A stretch of 64,000 nt of DNA from the human T2T-CHM13v2.0 reference genome, Homo sapiens. Shown in pieces: positions 38,391 through 51,205 of the stretch. A program made the position numbers and the translations under genes. The notes under the pieces are model-generated. The model was given only the letters and a program-made list of their open reading frames with translations. It had not been told where the DNA came from and searched no databases. Within the stretch, counting starts at the first letter, position 1, and the number at the start of each line of letters is the position of its first letter. The stretch lies in assembly GCF_009914755.1 (NCBI RefSeq), contig NC_060935.1; one strand, 5' to 3'.

Positions 38391-39204
38391 TGTTAGATTT
38401 CTGTATATGTGTTAAGGGTTTTTGCCTAAGTGCTTATCTTCTTTTGGTGCCATCTTTCGTAAGAGTCATGTAGAGTCCCAGATAGTGATGATTCCTTAGG
38501 AGACACTTTTACAGTTTTCCTGGGCTGGGTCTTTTGTATTTCAAGAGACCTAGACCAGTATTGAGGTGAGTTTCTCAGCTCAGACTTTCCCCACCTCAAT
38601 ATTATTGTGAATTTGGGCCTTAAATCTTCTCATAATACAGAAAACAGATTCTGATTTCCCATGAGTGGTTCTATTTCCATCTGTGGTCTGGAATGGGTGG
38701 CTTGCATCTCAGCTAAGCTTTCAGCCCAGGTCTTAAAGATATTTCAATCTCAGTTTACAGACAAGCCAATGTTTTACCTTCTCCTGGTTTTATTCAGAGA
38801 GCCAGATTCAGAATTCCTGCCACATGAGAGATCTGTGCTTCAGCTTTCTTTCCGGATGGGGGTTTTCACTCTGGCCCTTAGTGGTATGCAGTCCATCTGG
38901 CTTTTCCCCTTGGCTGTGTAGCACCAGCTTCCTCCCATCACTGTCACAATGGATTTGTTCTTCTCAACATGGAATTGTCCACTTTTGCTTATAAGGCCAG
39001 TTACATTATATATTTAAAACTTTAAAAAATCTGGCAATGCCATAGCTTTGGAACAGAGTCAGAGAGATTTCTATATCTGGTTAGTCTAAAATCTGTAACA
39101 AAAGTCCTGTAAGGCACTTAAAAAATTCCATAATCAGAGATCAATTATCTGTCTTATATGTCTTCCAAAGTACCATGCCAAAAGCTCATATCCTTTCAGG
39201 TCAT

Positions 39205-39410
39205 GATAGCTAATACTTTTGAGGGCTTAAGCACCATTCTAAGCATTTTATGTTCTTATTTATCTTTACAGTAATACCATGAGGTGGACTTTACTCTTGT
39301 ACTCCATTTTACAGATGGGAAAGCTGAGGCACAGAAGGTTGAAAACCTCCCCAAGCTTACATAGTTAATAAGGAGTGGTTCTAAAACAACCCATGCTTTT
39401 AAACTGCTAA
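39205..39410 (-). mobile_element. MIR SINE
   Basis: ccattttacagatgggaaagctgaggcacagaaggtt. Confidence 0.8.
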
Positions 39411-40041
39411 GCTACCCTGAAAATATATTTTTCAGCTTATTTTTCTCTCTTTCTGTAGTATCAGTCACCCCAATCTGTCCTCCCTGTCTTTTACTCATCT
39501 ATTGAGACCCATCTCCCTGTAGCAAATGTCACATTCCTCTGCAACTTAAAACAGATACTCTCCACCTTCTCTGGATTCTATAGTTCTGTGTTCTATTAAT
39601 CATTTTATATTGTTATTATCTACTTATAAGTTTGTTTTCCACATTAAATGTTGAATTCCTTTAAGGCATGGACTTTTTTTTTTAATCTCCTTTGATTGGC
39701 AGTGGTGATACGGTGTATGGCCATAGAGTAAGTCTTTGGCAGATCTTAATTGGATAAATAAAGTTCTGGAGAAGCAGCTTGCTAAGCCATTTTTACAACC
39801 ATATTAAATTATTTTAACAGTTCAGGTACAAGTTTTTGTGTGACTATCAACATAATAATACTATATCGCAGCTAAATGTGCTAGGAAAAACACAGATTTT
39901 TGGAATCAGGCTGATCCAAATTTTGCTTACATTGACACATTGATTTTTGCTCCATTTCTGAGAGGCATGGATTTGGGTAAATTAAACTCCTGACAGAGTA
40001 TCAGTTTCCCATCTGCAACACGAGCCTCATATGACTCCTCA

Positions 40042-40555
40042 TGTGTGGGAGTCAATCTGCGAGACGGTCCCCAATGGCCCCTACCTTCTGATAATCATAC
40101 CCCGTGTACTTCCCCTCCCTTCAGTGTTGGGAGGACTTAGGGACTTGCTTCTAATGAATAGACTACTGTACCAGTGATAGGAAATCACTTGCAATATTTG
40201 GTTATAAGAAAACCATGCCTTCAGTCTTAGGTTCTCTCTCAAAACTCTCTTAGATCACTTCAGTTTGGGGGAAGCCAGCTACCCTGCCCACTTGGCATGC
40301 AGTTGAGGGCTGCTAACAGCCACGTGTGTGAGCTTGGAAGTGGATGCTCTCTGAGTTGAGCCTTGAAATGACTGCAACCCTGGCTAACATTTTAGTCGCA
40401 ACCTTTTGACAAGACCCTATGTCTGAACGATGAGGCTAAGCCAATTCCAGATTCCTGACCCAAGGAAACCCACGGAGAAGAAGTGTTTGTTGTTTTCATT
40501 CAACAGCTAAGGTAATTAGGGGTAATCTGTCCCATAGCAATCAATAACTAATAGA
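40042..40555 (+). mobile_element. MLT1F-like solo LTR
   Basis: gacttgcttctaatgaataga..gggggaagccagct..gtgagcttggaagtggat..agattcctgaccca..atagcaatcaataactaata. Confidence 0.85.
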
Positions 40556-41122
40556 CTATGCCAGTGGTATTCTTATTCAAAACCTATATGCTAAGCCTTT
40601 GAGACAGAAAAAGCAAAACAAAACAGAAAGAAGCAGGCCTTGGGAAACTTACAAAATTAGAAAAGAATACAAACACCAATTTATGTCAATTTAGAAACAT
40701 ACTTATTACAACTTGCTTGTAGCTCATCAGTTAGCGAGGTGCCACCCCACCCTATGTGTGGGGTTTTAAGAGGAAATGGCAGATGTTTCTGTTAAGATTT
40801 CCAGGAGAGGCTGAACTAAAGAGAATGCCTAACTACATAGGACAGGATGGTTATCCACTCATTGAAGGACTGATTACCTCGGAGGGTTGCCCAGTAGGTC
40901 ATCTGAGGTCCTTATTGAATCTCTCTTAATTTTATTTCCACTTTTAAACTTGCATGAATAGTTCTGATGATAATTACCAAATGTTGATATGTATGGAAAA
41001 TCAGCATTCCACAAATATCCAACTTGGGCAGCTTTCATACACGTGTGGCTGCTTGAAATTCAGCAAATTTCATTAGAATCACATGTTTGCTTAGAGAAAT
41101 AGTAGCCAAAAGCTGTGCTGGA

Positions 41123-41162
41123 AACACACACACAAACACACACACACAAACACACACACACA
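41123..41162. repeat. Imperfect (CA)n microsatellite
   Basis: CA runs punctuated by AA. Confidence 0.9.
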
Positions 41163-41699
41163 AGCAGTGCAAAAAAGAAGAAATCTTAGGTTGAACGTGT
41201 GCGAATTGCAAGCTTCAAGCTGGATCTTCTGAGGTCCCTCTCTGCCACTCTCTTAGGTTGTAAAATCTTGGATCAATCCCTTAATACTCTGCCTCCATAG
41301 TTACTGTATTTAATACTTTCACCTATTGTAAGGTGTCTCACTCCCTACATTTGATTTTTGTATGTACCTGTGCTAACAAGCACTTTGCTCAATTGCCAAA
41401 TATTGTAAATATTGTTAAGGAAATATATTTAATTTCTATCAACTGCTACTATATATGGAGTCTACCTCCATATCCCTTTCCCAATTATCCATTATCCACT
41501 AGCCTTTAGGATGTCATCAGGACATTCAACCCTTGTTCCTTGCAATTTCAATTCAAGTTTATTGTTTTAGTTTTGGATTTTTCTTCTCAACTGGCATCCT
41601 GCCCGCATCTGTAACAACCTCAAGACATTGAACAAGAATGACATTTATGATTCATATTGCAAGCTAAGGTTCTTTACTCTTAATACTCTGACCTTAAAA

Positions 41700-44070
41700 C
41701 CCTTTGGCCTTCATCTATGCTCTCTTTGTGCCTAGAACCATTTCCAGGACCAGCATTTGACATCTTCATGTGGCAAAAGAGAATTCCTGATTTTCTATAA
41801 TGCCAATCCTCACCCTCACCCACTTCAAATCTGCTCCTCTGTAGTCTTTCTCATCTCTGTAAACAGGACCTGCAGTTGTTTGAGCCAAAAGTTTAGAAGT
41901 TATCCTTGATGCCTCTTTTCCTTTTATCCCCCAATGCTAGAGCATTTCTTGTGATCTCTTATCACATGGTTGCCTCTATCTAGTCATTCAGGTGTTGACT
42001 TAGCTGTTCTTTGAGACCTTCCTTTCCCAATTAGTGTATGGTAACCCCAGCCACCTTCAGTCACATCACTCTGTTTATATCATCATCACCACCTGATATT
42101 TTCTTTACTTATTTTTTTCATATTGTCTGTTTCTTTCTGCCTCCTGCCATTGCTATAGATCACAGCTCCATGAGGACAAGGAGCTCGCATGTCATATTGA
42201 CTATTAGGATCATAATAGTGAGGCGCAGAGTTGGTAAGCAAAACTCACATGCATTCATGCTTTTGGAATTCACCTTAATATCAGGCCTCCTGCCTTCTGA
42301 TCACAATAAGGCCACAGCAATTTCTCACCCTTCATTGTGATCTGTTGTCCCTCAGTGAATCCCTGATTTCCCATTTTCCTGCCCACTTCTGGTCCTGAGG
42401 TGGCCTTGTCAGTGCTTCTCTCTTTCAAACGCTGGAATCCTCATGTGCTTGGCTGTTCTTCTTACTTCTAGTGCTAGCTTCTGCCTCCTGTTTTCTCTTT
42501 TCCCACTCCCCAGCATCCAAGAGTAGCTCAAGAAATTCATAGCATGGTGCTGATTTGATCCATAATAAGCACATGTTATCTAAGGACCTTCTTCGTTACG
42601 CTTTGTCAGCTCTTGTTACTAACAAATGAACTATCTTCAGACCTTCCTCTCACGGTTATCCAGAAAGAGGATATTTATGGTTCTGGCCTCAATTGTCTTA
42701 CTATCAATTCATTCATTGACACCTGGCTGTTTTGTTTTACAAAAGCCCTTGACTATTTTGGGTTCCTCTAACCTTGGAGTTCTGGCTAAGTCTTGCCTGA
42801 TAATTTTCTCTAATGTTCTGGTTTGAGTCCACTTTCCTTCCTTTTTCTCCCCTTGATATTGTGCTCACCCTGATGGCTTCAATTACTTTCATTAGAACAA
42901 TTCCAAAATCTATATGTGTCACTCGGACTCTCATCCTTAATCTCAATACTATGCTTACAACTCTTCATTATTTTATTAGGAATGTTCCTCAGATATCTTA
43001 AATTTATCAGGCTTCACTCCAGACTTACAGTCCTTATTTCAAAGCTACCTCTCATTTTTCCTATTTTTTTGTCATTGTTAATGATTCTCTCAAATTCTTG
43101 TTCAAGTAAGTACAAAACTTGGGAGTCATCATTTACATCACTTTTTTTTTTCTTTCAGCCTCCTGATCCATCATGTTTTCAGGTAAGCCTGGAACATACA
43201 GGCTGTAAAATGCCAATCTTAGAATAATATCAGACTTGTATATAATGGTTACTGGTCTGTAATGCAATGACAAAAATAAGACAGTCCAGTGGGTTAAGCA
43301 CAAAACTAAAAACTTATTAACCTAGAGGACTGCCCTTTGTAGCGAGATTATGTCTTGTCTGCCTTTTCATGTGTTAACACCGTCTCATTTTCATAAAGCA
43401 GAATTGATGGTAGTGTTCATTTGTTTTAATGTCCTCATGGGACAAAATTACACAGGGTTATTTTTTAAAATAATCAGTTAAATCTAAAACTCAGGTGAAC
43501 TCTGCTGTAAATTTCTATTCGCAGTTTCTCTCATTAATCCTTTCTTTCCATTCCCACTGCCATCACCCAGCTCAGGCTTTTATTGCCATTTTTCTTGATA
43601 ATTACACAACCTCTTAACCAATTTCTTGGTTTCCATGGCTTTGCTCTTTTCCAATATCCTGCAAACAGATCACTATCAAAAGAAACTTATAAAACCATAA
43701 CTTTGGTCATATTACTGTCTTTCACAACATCCACTGCCACCAGCACCGGGGCCACCACCACCAGTGGCTATCTCTTGCCTGCTATGATCCGAGATTCAGC
43801 TAAATGCAAGAGCTGGCACTGAGAGCTCTCCATGGTCCCTGCACTTTGTTCATGCTGACATAGTTACTCCCTTGCTCACTACCTTGTGTTAGTGTCTTCA
43901 TAACATTATCACTATCAGGAATACTCATGTATTTGTTGCTGTGTACCATCCGTCCCTGTTGTACACATATACCAGAATACAAGTTACTTGACGATAGGAA
44001 TTTATCATTGTTCGCTATTGATCCCCAAGGCCTACGCCACAGTTTAGGTGTGCTATAATTGTTGAAAATA
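41700..44070 (+). mobile_element. Cluster of L2 LINE remnants
   Basis: L2 3' motifs cagctccatgaggacaagga (42163) and ttgttcgctattgatccccaaggccta (44010); pyrimidine-rich L2 body; discontinuous. Confidence 0.6.
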
Positions 44071-44399
44071 TAAACAGAAAAAAAGAAAGAATAAAATCTC
44101 TCTCATTCCCAGTACCTCTCCTTAAGTCAGTGGTTTTAAACCAGGAATAATTTTGCCCTCAGGGTAACATAGTATATAGGTCTTCCTTTCTACTGCAGCA
44201 AAGGAAAACAGACCAATGCTTCGGGGAAATTAGCACCGACATGTTCTTGGTGACAATCCACTTTAGAGGACAAAAAGTATCATGTACTACTCATGTGCCA
44301 CAGGGAAACCAGCATTCTAGTCTCCCCATCAGTGGTTGCTGAAAGTTGGATAAGCTGTGGGCAGAAACATACAAAAATGGTGAACGTGAATACAGAGAA

Positions 44400-44620
44400 A
44401 AGGGCTGTCAGAGACGAGGCTGTTACTCTGGAAAACCAACCGCTCCTTCCGCAAAAGAACTCATAATGAATCAAGTGTCGGTTTAGCTGAACTCTTTGTG
44501 AATGGAATGCTTTCTGTTGAATGAATGCAGTTCTGTCATGTGCAAAGCCTGACTCAAAATGAGCTGAGATATGAGCATGATTTAACTGATTGATGACTTC
44601 AAGCGTTTTCCCTCTGGTCA
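44400..44620. promoter_or_regulatory. Candidate enhancer motif cluster (AP-1, TEAD, MEIS/PBX)
   Basis: TGACTCA 44550, TGAATCA 44467, TGGAATG 44503, CTGTCA 44405 and 44533, TGATTGAT 44587, TGACTTCA 44594 in non-repetitive DNA. Confidence 0.35.
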
Positions 44621-46685
44621 CCCACAGTCGTTTTGGTTTTAGTCTGCAGCTCAGTAACACCCAGGTTGTAGGAGAAATCCAGTCATTTATGATATGACTA
44701 GATCATTGTCCATTGACTATTTTCCACACTGATAAGCTCTGCTAATCAGAGGACTAACGTCTTCAGGCCAGTGACAATCTTTTCATTTACAGTTTTCTTC
44801 CAATCAGAGAAATGGGGCTGGATTGTAGAATCCTGGAATTGAGAAGGAAGGTCTACAAAAAGTCATTGCATTTTGTTCTGTTGTCATTTTGTGATTGTAC
44901 CAAATTCACTAAGAAATATAATGATTAGAAATATGATTACAACTTTCAAAGAGAGACACACTTTGATGCCTCTTAGGTGTTTCTGGTCTCTCAAGTCTTA
45001 CAATCAGAAGGCTTTATGTTGTTTTGTTCTGTTTTCTTGCCAACATTAGACTCACAAGTCCCTCTTCTAATTTGTTCTTCCTTATCCCATCCACTTATTT
45101 AGGAAAGTGATACATAGTACAAAATTACATGTAGGTCTTCTGTAGGGAATAAGTTTTATATAATCAAAGATATCCAGCAGTTTTACTATAACATCTCTTT
45201 TTCAAAATAGAATTTTATTCATCAACCCTTGCAGGGATAAGACAATGATGCAGAGAGTTTGTCCTATTAGTCTTAACACATGTTTGTACCTGTAAACTTA
45301 GGATTAAATCTGTCCTTACTTGGCATCAAACTAGAAGCCTAAATGTCAAGTAAAATTGAGTTATCTCAAATATCCCGGCCATTATAGAATATGGTTATTA
45401 GTCTGGGTCAAGGCAGTGTCATGTCTTCTAAAATCATGCCGCTAGAGGGAGTAAAACCCAGCAGTCTGCAAACCATCCCAGGCCAAAAGAGCAACGTTGT
45501 CTGTTTCACCTTTCTCTTTAAACAAATGATCCTCAGCTTGGTTGCCCCAGAAAAACACCAGCATCTGGTGAGTGGTGTTTATTCTGAGGTTACTCTTTCT
45601 AAAAATAGTTTTCTGAAAACTCGCCCTGGTCGGCTGGGAAGCACACAGGCGGAGTGGCGAGCCAGTGAATGGGAGGCTCTCCTGCAGCGGGGGCACCTTA
45701 GAGGCTGGTTGTGTGGGCCAAGAATGCACTCGAAGAGCAGGAACAGAGTTTGCAAGGGGGGCTGCCGGTGTCCACGGGAACCGTGGCAGGCCAGACACAC
45801 CCATCCCTGGAGAAGCAGAAGGTCGGCTAGGAGCTATGAACATCCTTGCTGAGCCCCAGAAGTGAGGAGCAACAGGGGAGGAAGGAGGCTCCTATCTTGA
45901 AGCTGTTGGGCACCTACGCAAGTGGCACAGGGAGGGGCAGGGTGTTGGCTCCGAGTGAGAGATTTGCTTAAGCCAGATGGTGGCCGATGAAGGAGGCCCA
46001 GGCAACCCCTTCTGGTCTTCCAGACAGCACCACAGGTTTGTGTGGGTTGGAGGGGTGCTATCTGTCTGTCCATCCACAAGCACATGCCAGAAAGAAGAGG
46101 ATGGAGGAGGTGAAGATTTTGGGGGGTTCTCATCATTTTCCCTTTCCAAGTTTCATCCTTATCCATGCTTCTAATCACATGGAGACCATTACCACTGGGG
46201 GAGTCATTTCCATTTTTCTTTAGATTCCATTCTAAAATCCCCTAAAGACCTAAAGTAAAGAACGTCAGCAGTGGCATTTCTATTCCTCTAAAGGGTATTT
46301 TAGACAATAATTTTGGATAGCCCCACACTGCATGAAGCAGGGAACTGCATGCCCTTCCTGCTCGGGAGCCCAGCCCTGCCTCCAGCAGCTCCAGCTTCCT
46401 TTCCTCTCTGTCATGGTGCTGCCTTCTGATGAGCAAGAAGTTAGACCCGACTGGCCCTCGGCAAGCTGGGGCTTCTAAGAGAAGAAGGGCTGGGCTGCCC
46501 CCTGCAAATCCTGGATAATGCCACTCAGGGAACGGGAGAAGCTGATGCGCAAAATATGCCATACCCCGCTGCTTTCCTCTCACTCAGACCCCAAGTCAGG
46601 TCGGAAGCAGCTCTTCCAGACCTCCCCCAAGGCAAGTTGCTAGAGGATAAGGCTTTTATGTGTTTCCTGATAAATGTGTGGGAGA

Positions 46686-46859
46686 ATCCAGCCTCCCTGG
46701 ATATTGGAGAAGTCTCCTATCTGGAATTGCAGTGTTACTGCTGATCCAGCCTCCCTGGATATCGGAGAAGTACCCTATCTGGAACTGCAGTGTTACTGCT
46801 GATCCAGCCTCCCTGGATATTGGAGAAGTCCCCTATCTGGAATTGCAGTGTTACTGCTG
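46686..46859. repeat. Minisatellite, 3 x 58 bp
   Basis: unit ATCCAGCCTCCCTGGATAYYGGAGAAGTNNCCTATCTGGAAYTGCAGTGTTACTGCTG at 46686, 46744 and 46802. Confidence 0.97.
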
Positions 46860-46984
46860 AAACATGTAGTTTCTGAGCCTTTGTGTTAAGGCAGAGAAAA
46901 ATAGCAAACTTGGTATTAAGAGAATTCTGAGTTCTCATGCTTGCTCTATTCACAGCAAACTCTGATTTCAGACAATTCATTGCA

Positions 46985-47078
46985 CTTCTCCAGGCCTCAG
47001 TTTCTTTGTCTATAAAATAAGAATGTTAGACAAGACTTTCTGTGATGGCTTTTCTGGTTCAAAATGTCCATGATTTCT
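46985..47078 (+). mobile_element. MIR3-like fragment
   Basis: ggcctcagtttctttgtctataaaataagaatgttagacaaga..tccatgatt. Confidence 0.65.
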
Positions 47079-47644
47079 GTCTGGTGAATGTACATGGGGT
47101 TTTATTGTTGTTCGTTTTTTGTTTTTTCTTTAACTATGTCTAGCCTACTACCCCACCTAAAAGTCAACAGAGAGAGCTCTGGGGTAAAGTGCATGCCAAC
47201 CTCAGAGTGCATAGCCATACTGTGTAGGAGGAAGCAAATTTAGAAGGAAACAGGCTTCATTTATTCTGCCTGATATGGTTATCTCTCTGAGGCTTGTGCC
47301 CATGCAAGCGAGATGAGAGTGCGGAGGAAGGCGGGGGGACACGCTGTCAAATGTCAAATGTTTAGCAAAGACTTTGAACTCTGACAATTGAGTCTTCCGG
47401 TAACTTGTGTCTCTACTTTTGCAAAAATGGAAGACGGGGGAAAGAAAAAAGAGAGAAGGAGAGATAGGCAGAGAGAGAACAGAAAATGATTAAATATGAC
47501 ACCATGGTCATGTAGGTTTCATGCAAAAATTAGGCAAATAATATCTAAATTACTTGCAAGTAATTTCAGCCTCTTTTCTTTGGCTGTCTTTCAGAAAATC
47601 CCTGATAATAGCTCTGAACTAACACTGAATTCCAGGTCATCATG

Positions 47645-47706
47645 ATACTCTTCCCAGCACATAGACATGGGGCCACCGCGCTTGTCCATGTGCTGAAAAG
47701 AGGCAC
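47645..47706 (-). other. Pre-miRNA-like stem-loop
   Basis: 20 contiguous pairs (3 G-U) on the minus-strand RNA with a 15-nt loop. Confidence 0.4.
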
Positions 47707-50700
47707 AAATGTCCGAACCTACTGAGAATCATGCCAGTGTAGGATGAGAACATTCCTAAAGCCTCAGCCCTCGAGGGCTACATATTTGTTTAAGGAAAAT
47801 AAGGCATGTGCATACACTAATGAACAATAAAATGGAACAGTGCAAGGTATGATTCGGGGCAATATTTTATAAAGGTCAAGTACACATAGGTGGGAAACAC
47901 ATCTAGGAACTCTCATGAGCAGGGTGGGAATTAAATGTTAAGGTGGGTGTGAGTTTATATATAATACAGAGGGGGTGTATTTTGAAGAAGAAATCATGAA
48001 AAAAATCACATTTAGCTGTCAGCCACCTCCTCATCTGCATGTTTTGCCAATCAAGGACATAAAATCTATCATTCTGTGCTTCAAGTCTCCACATAGTAAC
48101 TAGAAGACACAGAAAATTCTTATTCATTTTGAATTCTGATAATTTAGTGCAGGAAATGGGTGATGGCAAACTGATTATGTATGAAGAGCCCTCATTTTGC
48201 TGGTGAAGCCTGGGTATGCCCAGCTACTAATAACAAGTGGTCAGGCAACCATGACAGCCTCCCTATGTGAATATAATGCTAAATGTATCTAAGCGAATTT
48301 AGGACCACCTGTTCTGATTTATTTTTTAATCCTTCAAATACAACATGGAGTTAGATGGCTTCTCCATCAAGACTTCAATCTCAAAGGGCAATACTGTGCG
48401 GCAAAAGAAGAGCTGGCTCCTGGAGGACTTCTGGGGCCCCAGGCATGGATCAATGTTTGCATCAGAAAAGAAAGCCTGTCAGCAATGGAGGTGCTGGAGG
48501 ATTTCTGGAAGGGGGGGGCCTCATTCAAGACCACCAAGGGACTGCTGACTGTTCTCGTTCATGACGCCTCTCTTCAAGGAAATTGACCCTCCCAGAGTGC
48601 AAGACGGAGAAAAAGGTTCTTAAGAATTTCCCCTGGAAATCACCACTGAATGGATGCCAGGCAATTCTAGAATCTCCACTCTTTGGTTTTTTGGGCCCTT
48701 GGATGGATGAGAAGTGATGTGCAGATCTGATGGGAAAAATGGCAGAGACCACAGCTTCTCTCCTAAACCCTCATTCATTGCCCATCGGACAATTCTCCTG
48801 TTTCCGATCCTGTAAGGTCACAAGGATTTCTCATTTCAGGTAGACCAGAAAAGAAGCCACTGATGGAATGCTGCAAGAAGGGGTTTACCATGCGGTGTGA
48901 TTTCTGGGACCCCTTCTTCCCTGTTGAAAATATTTCACAGGCCCCCAGGACCTCCCCCAAAAGACAAGGGCAGAAACCAAAGAAAATGCACTGTTCCAAT
49001 TTTGTCCAGGCTGCCTGTGGAATGAGAAACCCATGAGAAAGTTATTGAGACTTCAGTTTTCTATTCCTCTCCTTATCCGGCCTCATTACCTCCCCAACCC
49101 CTGAGAGAAAAAATAAATAATTCACAAACAAAGGACGAGGGTGTGGTGGATTGAGAGCAGGTTTGCTTGGTGACAGGAGGACTCTGTAGAGGGGGTCTGT
49201 TGGGAGGTGAGCAGGAAGGAGTGGCTGCTCCAGAGCCCACAGTTCTGTCCAGAAAGGTGGAAGTAACACAGGCATCATGAAGGCTTCTGGAGGCAGGGGC
49301 TGAGCCCTCTCACTGCAAGGACCACAGAAGCCAGGGCTGGACTCCTGGCCCGGGAAGCTCCAGTCCCATGGACTCTATCCCACTCCTTTGTCTCTTTCTC
49401 CCTCCTGTGCCTGCCCCGCCTGCCCCTTGCTCTGTCTTCATCCTGGGAAGCCAGCTGCAGCATGTAGGAGAGAAGGGCTCTGTCACGGCTGTCTCTAGTG
49501 TGTTATTGTTAGTGTTACATTACAAATCCCGTTTCCATGCCAGGGTCCCTCGGGGGTCATAACCAGGAGAGGCCATGACCCTGTCAATAAACAGAACCCC
49601 AATCCTTAATGTAACCGTTTTGCATTCACTGAGCCGGCTCCATGGGTTTGTATACCAGATTCCGCTCCTAGGCAGGATCACTTCAGAGAGGCTCCCGTGG
49701 AAGTCAAGGTAGAGGGCACGTGGAGGTAGACCAGATGCTGCTCCTGCTGGCAAGAGGAAGTCAGGCATAGGTTTGGCTTGTGCTCCTCCAGAGCCCCCAG
49801 CTTTTCAGACCAAGGTGCTTTAGGGGTTCAACCATCACTCTGAAGTCTCTCTTGCTGCTCCCTTGCTGAAGTCTCTTTTCCCTTAGAAGACCCTCAGCAA
49901 TAGAGAGGCCTTTGCTGATCTGTCAGATGTTTAGCCCTGGGGATTGTAAGTAAGACCATTGAGCAAAGAGGAAGCAGGGCAGGGAATGACCTGGCACACA
50001 TTACTCAGCCAGGAGACATAGTTGACTTCAGCCCACTCTCAATTTTTTTTGTTGTTGTTGCAGATTAATCTGCCCAATATAGTGTGCTTTCCTTCCCAGT
50101 GCAGAGCCAGCTGATGAATGATGGGTAGAACCAAGTAAAAAGAAAAAAAAGAAGAAGAAGAACAGAAATAGAGTCTGCTCACTCATTCAACAAATATTTC
50201 TTGAGTACACAGTTCTGCACATGGATACCAGACAAGAAAAAGAATTATAGGGCAGTTTGATTGGCGCTATGGGTTGAGAAGCAATTTCTTTTTTTCTGTC
50301 TTGCATCTAACAGCCATGTATTTCAGAAGCTCTTGATGCCAATACTTGGCCTTCATAGCTATCACTCTCCATAGATCCCCTCTGCTTGGCCTAAAGATAA
50401 AATATTCCTGGGTGTCTGTTGTAGGGACTAAAATATTCACATTTGGAAAGAGATAGTAGTGTTAGACTTTGCCCATCAAACACAGCCTCAAAGTTAATTA
50501 CCATTGCCTGGCTTGTTTCTAAAACCACCAAGTGTCTATTTGAGTGTCTGGGGGAAGAATAAGAGAGTTGGGCTAAATGAGGTACTATTATTTCTGCTGA
50601 ATTAATTAGACTCAATTACAGAGTTAGATGGGGTCTTGTAGCTCTAGGGATCAGCCCTTGTTTCCTAAATATGGGAACCAAAGCCTGGAAGGAGAAAGAT

Positions 50701-51205
50701 GTTTGTCCCTAATCACAAACACAGTTCCTGGTCCTGGAAAAATGTGACCTAGGTGGAGAAAGAAACAATAAAAAACAGAAAAGAAGGAGGCAAAAGAGGA
50801 GCCAGTGACCAAAGGCAAGCTTCACTTATTTATCCTGGGTCTGCCCAGGAATCTAGCATCAGACAGTAAGAGCCAACATGGAGACAAGTCAGGCCAGTGA
50901 CCTCAGAGGCACGCGGCCACTAGAAAGAAGCCCCCGATGGCATGAAGCTTTGTTCTCTGACATAACCTATGCATCTAGCACTGTGCCTGCCTACAGGAGG
51001 TGCTCAGTTACTAGGAAATTAACAAAACTGCCTTGCAGATCTTTCCTGGCTGAAGATGAGGAGTGAGGGAAGAGAAAGAAGACAACTAAATTAGGCCCTC
51101 AGCTCCTATTTCCAGAACAGTTCTGAGAGTGTCTGTTTCAGAGTTTGAGTTTCCACAACTGCCTTTGTTAACAGGAGGGATCTATAAAAAACCAATGGTC
51201 TGGAC

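Noticed and set aside
45681-45697. CTCF-like cctgcagcgggggcacc
   Set aside because: Does not align to the core without an indel or several mismatches.
45391-45852. Longest ORF (153 aa) and the overlapping ORFs
   Set aside because: No recognisable domain; overlapping ORFs on both strands are expected from local GC richness.
46686-46859. CRISPR-like array of palindromic repeats
   Set aside because: Units are head-to-tail with no unique spacers, there are no cas genes, and the context is primate DNA.
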